The position numbers and the translations under genes were made by a program. Shown here piece after piece: positions 10,701 through 18,018 of a stretch of 64,000 bases of DNA; within the stretch, counting starts at the first letter, position 1; every line of letters starts with the position of its first letter. The DNA is from Planctomycetales bacterium. GTDB lineage: Bacteria > 4484-113. Below the pieces are notes generated by a model, which worked only from the letters and a program-made list of their open reading frames with translations, was not told the origin of the DNA and ran no database searches. Where the stretch lies: contig JBBIRS010000002.1 in assembly GCA_037441675.1 (NCBI GenBank), positions 71,249 through 135,248 on the forward strand, given 5' to 3'.

Positions 10701-11726
10701 AAAATCAAGCAGACCAAAGCTCAGGAGTTGCAAAGGCTTTGGTTTATGGGCAAGTCTGCATCATTAAAGGGTGACAAGAAGTTGGCAGTCGCCTATTGGC
10801 AGGAACTATTGGATAAATGTTTACAAAGACAAACCCATACAGAGACAAAGATAAACCAGCTTCTTGAAGTTGGGCTAGCATTTCTAGAAGCTGGGTATGC
10901 CCAAGAAGCGATGAAAACTTGGGAAAAGCTTAGAGAGATAAGCACAGACTACGCTCACTTGAACAAGTTGTACGCATACACGATTGACTTAAATGCCTAT
11001 TTGCTAGCCCAGCGAGGCAACATAAAAATTGCAATTAGTGAATGGGAGAAGGCTTTTAATTATGACTCAAGTAACACGAGTATCCTCCAAAATTTGGCTA
11101 TCGCCTACATGTTAGTAGACAACTTTGAAACTTCAGCCCTTTATTGGAACAAGGTTATTGCCAGATGGCGTGTGATGGTTGATAGAAATCCACATCTTTA
11201 CGCGCATCTGTCAGTTGCTATAGGTGAAGTGGAACGTCTACTTTCTGATGTATTTGTAGCCACTAAGCAGTTGGAAGAAGATGTATATACGGTGAAGACG
11301 GAAGAAATGGTGGATTATTATCAGCGTGCAAATCAGTTCTACTGGATTCTAGGACTTGATAAAAATGCAACCCGAGGACAAATAGAAAAGAGTTACTTTA
11401 GGCTTATAAAAATATTTGACCCAGAAAGACACCCGGCGGACTTTATGCTTCTTGAAGAGGCATACGCAAATCTAACGGATGAAAAGAAACGCGAGAGAAT
11501 AAATATTTTCGTCTTCAACACCATAGACATTCATAGATTGAAGGAAATAGTTTTTGGAACTGAACTAAGAACGCCAACATTTGAGGATTTAGGATTGACA
11601 ATCCATGTCCCTAAACCTGATTTTTCACAACTAAAACCTGACACCACAAAAACGGGTACAATCGTTGAGAAGTTAACGAACGAATTATCAATTTACTTCA
11701 GGCTCGGAGACCAAGCGATGGTGTAA
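7746..11726 (+). CDS. Large alpha-helical repeat/TPR protein with a C-terminal atypical J-domain
   Basis: Many TPR-like units. The C-terminal FYWILGLDKNATRGQIEKSYFRLIKIFDPERHPADFMLLEEAYANLTDEKKR follows the J-domain helix I-IV pattern. Directly upstream of grpE and dnaK. Confidence 0.85.
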   Translation: MSLLKIFSGKTNEERLLKRAEMMLNRGRPGDAEKILSRLANKYANPPASDEEKLEHAHYYTLLGKASLLQKEQASIKYCLTANSYRANEPLLRECISLIESQELLTPEATELVLTLSEQTSGERGFLLNYAKRLVANKRTNLTPSEHEVVLSATKAFTLWKGGSELLAEEFLKAGRKDAEAISIYRIAYPHRKDDEKLVEILLQRLVETEERTDFSAQVYQDYLASGKENDDALRLLVEYYIDKNVVTPQNIALIESAIQKRIIDKEHMELLSLYVLRTRKEFLDKKTLLLNIYRAGYYNKNVLAFLAIAFAEEGNFSEEALQAYEDALKNNLLTKRITLLIAEHFLNEGRNDEFACRVYEHYLSSWPERRQPRIYLLLAKNYMQKKRTDEQAQRIYEDALANFPEFTEVLPYLAASYLTYETRQPKAFTIYERAYPILEDEYIKRQIALILAEQRIENSNFDRKTLEYIENALPIASERRRANLIDARNKCYLALERKDPQALSIYLELYMNNPQESAENLRLVSILSDALLETPDALEIDPELRMEILYRRFELEKFNSPANVSLYLLQESLLNRADYKYILHLAVRCFEIDPEKTANLLHSAGRSDLLKKVGTFFLERYNYSLASQAFSIRNHYEPSEENTYQLAKILLYEGKTKEALEMLTSIRAEVLEPSVLYWKAAALQQENKPKEAAKLLAKLKEKSDSIPQFLLLLREGINAELVGDYPTAIEAYQKALSDERAKPIHRWLEIEIGLAYFRNGELEKAKAFLERIYRANPNGRAEQRNYSYVLFHYAYQLMLNNDWEKALSTVLECVELNRSDRLLRSVAVELLLNFANRFFFNGEYNTVTKILETAHQILPRDVNVKIYLAYSYHLLHNYERALIYYRDITWSEEAPMLERSQAYCYLANKLYSKAWKVFLDLKKKGLMAPEDVPLLMYSFLQDAEANGNKAFQGIDFPEEEKAPVLFSAFYIHDGLYDRALSLLGKIKQTKAQELQRLWFMGKSASLKGDKKLAVAYWQELLDKCLQRQTHTETKINQLLEVGLAFLEAGYAQEAMKTWEKLREISTDYAHLNKLYAYTIDLNAYLLAQRGNIKIAISEWEKAFNYDSSNTSILQNLAIAYMLVDNFETSALYWNKVIARWRVMVDRNPHLYAHLSVAIGEVERLLSDVFVATKQLEEDVYTVKTEEMVDYYQRANQFYWILGLDKNATRGQIEKSYFRLIKIFDPERHPADFMLLEEAYANLTDEKKRERINIFVFNTIDIHRLKEIVFGTELRTPTFEDLGLTIHVPKPDFSQLKPDTTKTGTIVEKLTNELSIYFRLGDQAMV

Positions 11727-11732
11727 TGCCTT

Positions 11733-12392
11733 ATGAAACAAAGGTTAAATCTTAAGGAGCTTTCAAAAAGCGTAGATTTTAGTGCGGAGCGATACTTTGT
11801 TCTAAGATACCGTTTATTTGAAAGCTCGCACTTTGCAAGGACAACTTTTGATTACGAGAGCTACAGCTTACTTTCTTATCAGACCGAACTCAACAGGCTT
11901 AGGATTGAGCTTTTTAGATTACAAAGAAGCATGGAGAATCTAAGGCTACCAGCTTTAGAGGTGGTAGGATTAACTAAAGTTTCTGAAGATATTAGTCGCT
12001 TAGCAGGGCAAGTTGAGCAACTCACGCAAAAAGTGCAGGCGGTAGTTTCAATAGAGCCTATAAAATCATCATTGAGAGGCCTTTTAGATGTCGTTGATTC
12101 CTGCGATAGGGCTATCAAGCTAGCCAGAGAAAAAAACAGCGCATCTGAAGGCGTAATTATCGGAATAGAAGCCATTAGAAGACAGCTTGTAACTCGCCTT
12201 GCGAGTTTAGGTATTACACCAATAGAGGTTAGGGTTGGTGATAAGTTTAATCCTGAAATTCACGAGGCACTTAGCACAGTTAGGGATAGAAATAAGCCCG
12301 ATGGAACCATAGAAGAAATTCTTCTTGCAGGTTATAATTTGCATCAAATACCATTAAGACCTGCGCAGGTGGTCGTCGTCAAAAATGACTAA
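11733..12392 (+). CDS. grpE: Nucleotide exchange factor GrpE (paralog with extended N-terminus)
   Basis: LLDVVDSCDRA, GDKFNPEIHEAL, GTIEEILLAGYNLHQIPLRPAQVVV are GrpE C-terminal signatures. Confidence 0.9.
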   Translation: MKQRLNLKELSKSVDFSAERYFVLRYRLFESSHFARTTFDYESYSLLSYQTELNRLRIELFRLQRSMENLRLPALEVVGLTKVSEDISRLAGQVEQLTQKVQAVVSIEPIKSSLRGLLDVVDSCDRAIKLAREKNSASEGVIIGIEAIRRQLVTRLASLGITPIEVRVGDKFNPEIHEALSTVRDRNKPDGTIEEILLAGYNLHQIPLRPAQVVVVKND

Positions 12393-12453
12393 TTGACTAA
12401 AAATAAGTTAAAATATTAAGTTATTCAAAATAATGAACTTATGGAGATAAATT

Positions 12454-14202
12454 ATGGCTCAGATAGTTGGAATAGATTTAGGGACAACTAATTCTCTAGT
12501 TGCCGCTATTGTTGACGGTAAACCTACATTAATCCCCAATGAAAGGGGCAAGTTTTTAACGCCTTCAGTGGTTGGCTTTACTGAGACGGGGGAACTTCTT
12601 GTAGGTGAACCCGCAAAAAATCAAGCAGTGGCTAATCCTGAGAGAACCGTTACAAGTATTAAGAGGTTGATGGGCACTGACAGGCGAATAGTCATAGGTG
12701 ACAAAGAGTACAGCCCTCAAGAAATTTCCGCAGTAATCCTTAAAAAACTGAAGTTGGATGCGGAGACGTTTCTTGGAACCGTCGTAGATGAAGCTGTCAT
12801 AACCGTTCCTGCTTATTTCACCGATGCCCAGAGACAGGCAACAAAGGATGCCGGGGAAATAGCCGGTTTCAAGGTTGAAAGAATAATTAATGAACCTACC
12901 GCAGCTGCCCTTGCATACGGTTTTGATAAGGCTGAAGAAGCAAAGACTATCCTTGTTTATGATTTGGGTGGTGGAACTTTTGACGTCTCTATCATAAAGT
13001 TGGTTGAAGGTGCATTCAAGGTCTTGGCAACTACCGGGAATAACAGTTTAGGTGGGGATGATTTTGATTACAGGATTGTCTCTTATTTAATTCAAAGGTT
13101 CAAAGAAAAGGAAAAGGTAGACCTAAGAAACATTTCAGATGTTTCGCAACAAAGAGCTATCATGCAAAGACTAAAGGAAGCCTCAGAGATTGCTAAGATA
13201 GATCTATCGTCGCTATTAGAGACAGAAATAAATCTTCCATTTATATACACGGAAGGAGACGAGCCTCTCCATCTGCACGAAACTCTGACAAGAGCAAAGT
13301 ATGAGGAGTTAGTAAAGGATCTTGTGGCACAAACGGAGGCACCGCTTAAGCTTGCACTATCTGATGCTAACCTTATGCCGGAACAGATTGACTCTGTCAT
13401 CCTCGTTGGCGGTATGACAAAAACACCTCTAGTGCAGAGATTGGTACGTGAGTTATTGAATAAGGATCCACTAAAGGATATAAATCCAGAAGAGTGCGTT
13501 GCACTTGGAGCTGCTATCCAAGCTGGCATCAAAAGAGGAGCATTAGAAGAATTAGTTGTAGTTGACGTAGCTCCATTTACGCTAGGAATTGAGACCGAGG
13601 GTGCAAAATTTAGCCCTATCATCCCAAGAAATACTGCTATTCCTTGTAGCAGGAAAAGCCTGTATCGCACTACGGTTGATTTTCAAACCGAGGCGCTTAT
13701 CCACGTGTTGCAAGGTGAAAGCCAGGCTGCTTCTGAGAATGAAAGCCTGGGAGAGTTTATACTCACCGGTATAACCCCTGCACCAAAGGGTGAGGCATTA
13801 GTTGAAGTTTCCTTTGATTACGACGTAAATGGTATAGTCAAGGTCACCGCCAAAGACAGGAAAACAGGCGCCAGTAAATCTATCACAATTAAGGCATCCA
13901 AGAAACGTCTCACCACGGAGGAGGTTGCCCTCGCCCAGCAGGACGTTAGTAGATTTAGCGGACAATTGTTGAAACAGAGAGAGAAAAGCAGATTACTTCT
14001 GGAAGGCGAAAACACTCGAAAAGAACTTGTTGGTCTTATCAAGAGTGTTGAGAAGGGAGAAAGAAAGATTGACGAAATTGAATTGTCACGATTCAAAGAA
14101 CTGATGGCTAAATTGGATGAAAGCCTTAAAGCAGAAGATATTGCAAAATTAGGGGATCTCATTGAGAAAGCAACCGCATTGATAGCTGATTATTCTTATT
14201 AG
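12454..14202 (+). CDS. dnaK: Hsp70/DnaK-family chaperone (probably a specialised paralog)
   Basis: GIDLGTTNS, TVPAYF, NEPTAAA, DLGGGTFD, LGGDDFD. Short (582 aa), with a divergent linker and lid. Confidence 0.95.
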   Translation: MAQIVGIDLGTTNSLVAAIVDGKPTLIPNERGKFLTPSVVGFTETGELLVGEPAKNQAVANPERTVTSIKRLMGTDRRIVIGDKEYSPQEISAVILKKLKLDAETFLGTVVDEAVITVPAYFTDAQRQATKDAGEIAGFKVERIINEPTAAALAYGFDKAEEAKTILVYDLGGGTFDVSIIKLVEGAFKVLATTGNNSLGGDDFDYRIVSYLIQRFKEKEKVDLRNISDVSQQRAIMQRLKEASEIAKIDLSSLLETEINLPFIYTEGDEPLHLHETLTRAKYEELVKDLVAQTEAPLKLALSDANLMPEQIDSVILVGGMTKTPLVQRLVRELLNKDPLKDINPEECVALGAAIQAGIKRGALEELVVVDVAPFTLGIETEGAKFSPIIPRNTAIPCSRKSLYRTTVDFQTEALIHVLQGESQAASENESLGEFILTGITPAPKGEALVEVSFDYDVNGIVKVTAKDRKTGASKSITIKASKKRLTTEEVALAQQDVSRFSGQLLKQREKSRLLLEGENTRKELVGLIKSVEKGERKIDEIELSRFKELMAKLDESLKAEDIAKLGDLIEKATALIADYSY

Positions 14203-14208
14203 GCCAAG

Positions 14209-14886
14209 ATGTTTACTCCTAAATCGTTGACTGCGTGCCCAATTTGCAAGAGCTACCCCTTACCTCAAGATGAAGCCAAAGCCTGTCCCAATTGCTCCGC
14301 TGATTTAACATCCTACCTTGAGTTTTACAAGCGCGCAAACCAGCTATATTTAGAAGCCCTTGATGCCCTATCACGTCACGATTTTTCCGCTGCTGACGAA
14401 CTTAAACAAAAGATGCTTATAACAAATCCCGATTTCAGGGAAGAAGCTATTATCTTAACCGCGCTATCAGAGCTCTATCAACACCGCGCAGAAAGCGCCT
14501 ACAACTATGCCTTAAGCATTCCAAGTACTCACCCTTCAAGGAAGCATCTCATAACAGAAATCGAGGAAAACTATCAAAGAGAACTTCTGGGAAAGCAACA
14601 CTATAATCTTGCCTTAAGCTCCGCAAGGGAGAAGTACTGGGCAGACGCAAAACACCATATTTCACAGTCTTTGGCTTTAATTCCGTACTTTCCTGAAGTA
14701 TGGAGGCTCGCGGTTAAAATTGCAATTTCTAGCGAGGATTATAAATTCGCTATTAGGGTTGTAGAGGATGCTCGAAAATATGTTTCTTACGATTCGTTCA
14801 TTGAAACTGTAAAAGTTGCCCTGATGAAAAAGCCTAAATTTAGATTACCAGGTCGGTTATCAAGGCAGTCGAAAAAACTTCATTAA
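14209..14886 (+). CDS. Zinc-ribbon plus TPR protein
   Basis: CPIC-x12-CPNC at the N-terminus, then TPR-like helices; 6 bp after the dnaK stop. Confidence 0.75.
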   Translation: MFTPKSLTACPICKSYPLPQDEAKACPNCSADLTSYLEFYKRANQLYLEALDALSRHDFSAADELKQKMLITNPDFREEAIILTALSELYQHRAESAYNYALSIPSTHPSRKHLITEIEENYQRELLGKQHYNLALSSAREKYWADAKHHISQSLALIPYFPEVWRLAVKIAISSEDYKFAIRVVEDARKYVSYDSFIETVKVALMKKPKFRLPGRLSRQSKKLH

Positions 14887-15096
14887 CTCTTCTTCAAAAG
14901 AATCAGCATTAATACTTATCACTTCTCTAGTTTCTATTACTTGAAGGGCGTTGAAGGGCGTGAATATTGTCATTCACAAAAGCAGTGAAAGTGCATTTAG
15001 GTGTGCTGAATTTCACTTCAGGGAGCTCAAAAAAGTTAAAAAAAAACGTATTCCCTTTGGGAAAGGCAAGTTAACAAATGGACGGATGCTAAAGAT

Positions 15097-17940
15097 TTAA
15101 TCTATTGCGCGAAAGTCTTCAATGTAATATTCATTGAAAAGCACTGTTCCAGAATCAACCGTGCCATAAACCCAAATAGTGTCATTAGGATACCAAGTGC
15201 CACCGCCTTGCTCAAAGGAGGGGAAAGCGGCGGTCTCAATTGAACCCACCGAAGCCTCGGGAAGAGGAACGAACAAACTCCAAATATTCTGATCTGGGTT
15301 GAACACCTCTGATGAGGACACGAACTGCGGGGTCCCAGTACCACCACTGGGATATACGCTACCACCGAAAACGTATATCTTTCCATTGATGACCTCAGCG
15401 GATGCTCCAGCCCTAGGAAACTGCATATCAGGCACAGATTCCCAAGACGCCTGTGAAAGTTGACCTTCTATCTCAAATCGCATTCGTTCCACTGTATTTA
15501 TGCTTGTGCCGTCATTTGTTCTACCACCTATCACGTAGAGATAGCTGAAGCCAGTGGGTGGTTCGACAACTACCGCTGTAAAGTCGTATCTAGGAGTCGG
15601 CATAGGAGCATCACCAAGAAAATTAGTTGACCAGAACCTATACTGTGGGAAGTACATCCAGACGTTTGAGATTACATTTCCTAAAGGAGATGAGCTATCC
15701 AAGCCACCAGCGATAAAGAATACCTCAGCATCCGTTGGCGTTCCATTAACGAAAACTCTAACTATAGCGGAGGCGCTATCCGCGAATCTAATGTGAATAT
15801 CCCTGTCCCCAAATGTGCCAGCTGTAGTCCAAGGCTGAGTAGGATTGGAAATACTACCATCGTCTGCCATAAGACTTTCAACTGTAGAAAGGGTACCGGA
15901 AATGTTGTTGTAACCGCCCATTACGTAAATCCTATCAGTTTGGCTATGAAAACCAAACGCCATCTGACCAACAGGTTCAAGAAGGGGCAGACGGTTGGTC
16001 AGAAGAAAAGCGGAACCGAATGGAACTCTTCCCGCCTCTGTGTTTGCATCATAAGATTGGAATATCATTTGAACACTTCTATGAGCTGTGTTGCCATCCA
16101 TTCCGCCAATAATGTAAGCGCGCCTACCCTCTGTGGTAGTGCGACCAATAAAGCCAAAATCAGATCTAGGTAGCGGATTTACGCTATCGGTAGTAAAGTT
16201 CTTCGCTGTAGCGGATACTAAATTTACGGGCGCGGGTATTACCACAGAGGAAATTGGAATGCCCGCCTCGTCTAGTGCATTTACTCTCACTTGGATACCC
16301 TTATAACCGGGAAGAAAAGCGTCAGGGAATTGAACAGATGGTGGCTGTGGGTCTAGCCCTCCCCAATAAGTGATTGAAAAAACAGCTGTATCTGGTGAAC
16401 TAAATGTAATAGATGCGTCAACGGATGAGGGATCAAGGTTAAACTCCACATCTGGAGAGCCAGGTATAAACGCTGGATCCCAGTTTAATATACCGTCTCC
16501 GTCCGGATCAAAAGCCCATGCGCCGTTCCCAAATGGGTCAATCGCAAATTCATACCTCCCACTTGAGCCACTAGCTTTCACCTGTACTCTAACAGTAAAG
16601 CCCACAGGTATTCTATTGCCATCTGCGTCTTCAACGTAATCAAGAACCTGGTTCTCGCTCAAGACCTTATATTGCTGTTCCTCAGGTGTTGCGGGTATGT
16701 CAAAGTCATCGTCGCCATCCAAATCCACAGTTACTTCAGCGGTTACTGGGTTTAGTTGTCCCTGTCGTGCGGTGTTGGTCACTATGACTAGCCAGCTTCT
16801 TCTTTCTGTATGTCCCGCTGAATCACTAAACTGAAGTGTCATTTCAAACTGCTTAGTTGAAACTGAGCCTTGCAGAAGATACGGATTTACCATTACGTTA
16901 AGCGTATTATCAAAGTATGGAACAGTCGCCTGTGGTGTTCTTGAATCAATTGTTCCATCTCCAGTAAAATCCCAGAGGAAACTATATGGAGGAGTTCCAG
17001 GTTCGGTAAGCTTTACCGAAGCTGAAACAGAAAGCCTAGGTATTCTTTCTGTTGGGTCATCACTCAAAGAATTGTACACAATCCTAATAACATTCCCAAC
17101 CTCTGTGGGCGGGGATGTTGAAACAATTAGCTCTGGAATACCTGACGGTGTGGGTGCAATTTCTTTTACCACAACGTAGGGATAATTGGGATCCTGTGGG
17201 GAAATCGGCGGTGTCCAAATCACTTGCGAAAGTTGAGCATCTGTGACTATCAGTTTAGGAGAGAATACCATTTGTTGATTGTCTCCAGTAACTGTAAAGG
17301 TATATTGAGCATTCTGGAGTGTGGAATCAACTCTTCCGTCACCATCAAAATCCCAAGCAAAGGTGTATGGACCGCTATCGCTCCCGGATGCTTGAACCGA
17401 CGCCCTAAAGTATACTGGTTGTCCGGAAACGAATATGTAACGCATATCTTCCCCATCTCCCACAAACTCAACAAAATCACTGGTTATACTAACATTCACT
17501 GAGAATCTAGGAGCGGAAGTAACGGTAATAGTTAGCTCATTACTCTTGATTCGCTTATTCTTGTCGTCAACGGCCTCAACAACAGCATTGTATGTAGAGA
17601 CACCAGTGAGCGCATCTTCCGCCTTTAACTGATACTGATAATATACTGTTGCAGTCCGACTTGCTGAAGGTGGCGTGGTTGCATCAAACGCACCATCGTT
17701 ATTGAAGTCCCAATAGTAGGTTATGGGTAGAGTACCTCCACTAACCGTTACAGTGAATGTCGTGCCCAGAGGGGAGGGCCCGCTCAGAGGTGACGCCACA
17801 AACGAGACAATTGTAAGAGGAAGTACACCCTCCTCCTCGGGAGTGGGAGTTGTGCCGTTACCACCGCCACCACATGAAACAACGATTAGCAACCAAAGAG
17901 TTGACAAGCTTATCAGTGTTTTAGTTCGCCATAAAACCAT
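15097..17940 (-). CDS. Large surface lipoprotein with PKD domains and a C-terminal Kelch propeller
   Basis: Lipobox VVSC-GGGG; PKD WDFxxDG motifs; Kelch units YIIGG, IYVMGG, LYVIGGR, IYVFGG; AAGGAGG SD. Confidence 0.85.
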   Translation of the reverse strand: MVLWRTKTLISLSTLWLLIVVSCGGGGNGTTPTPEEEGVLPLTIVSFVASPLSGPSPLGTTFTVTVSGGTLPITYYWDFNNDGAFDATTPPSASRTATVYYQYQLKAEDALTGVSTYNAVVEAVDDKNKRIKSNELTITVTSAPRFSVNVSITSDFVEFVGDGEDMRYIFVSGQPVYFRASVQASGSDSGPYTFAWDFDGDGRVDSTLQNAQYTFTVTGDNQQMVFSPKLIVTDAQLSQVIWTPPISPQDPNYPYVVVKEIAPTPSGIPELIVSTSPPTEVGNVIRIVYNSLSDDPTERIPRLSVSASVKLTEPGTPPYSFLWDFTGDGTIDSRTPQATVPYFDNTLNVMVNPYLLQGSVSTKQFEMTLQFSDSAGHTERRSWLVIVTNTARQGQLNPVTAEVTVDLDGDDDFDIPATPEEQQYKVLSENQVLDYVEDADGNRIPVGFTVRVQVKASGSSGRYEFAIDPFGNGAWAFDPDGDGILNWDPAFIPGSPDVEFNLDPSSVDASITFSSPDTAVFSITYWGGLDPQPPSVQFPDAFLPGYKGIQVRVNALDEAGIPISSVVIPAPVNLVSATAKNFTTDSVNPLPRSDFGFIGRTTTEGRRAYIIGGMDGNTAHRSVQMIFQSYDANTEAGRVPFGSAFLLTNRLPLLEPVGQMAFGFHSQTDRIYVMGGYNNISGTLSTVESLMADDGSISNPTQPWTTAGTFGDRDIHIRFADSASAIVRVFVNGTPTDAEVFFIAGGLDSSSPLGNVISNVWMYFPQYRFWSTNFLGDAPMPTPRYDFTAVVVEPPTGFSYLYVIGGRTNDGTSINTVERMRFEIEGQLSQASWESVPDMQFPRAGASAEVINGKIYVFGGSVYPSGGTGTPQFVSSSEVFNPDQNIWSLFVPLPEASVGSIETAAFPSFEQGGGTWYPNDTIWVYGTVDSGTVLFNEYYIEDFRAID

Positions 17941-18018
17941 CTAACTAGGTCCTCCTTAAAAGACCTTTGGTCAAATATTATCCATGCTAGCGCCATCAGC
18001 AATGTGTGAGAAGCGCTA

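Noticed and set aside
12393..12453. CIRCE/HrcA operator for dnaK
   Set aside because: No TTAGCACTC-N9-GAGTGCTAA seen here or upstream of 7746.
14941..14964. Tandem TTGAAGGGCG repeat and nearby small hairpins as a CRISPR or mobile-element end
   Set aside because: Only two 10-bp copies, no spacers, no cas or transposase genes.
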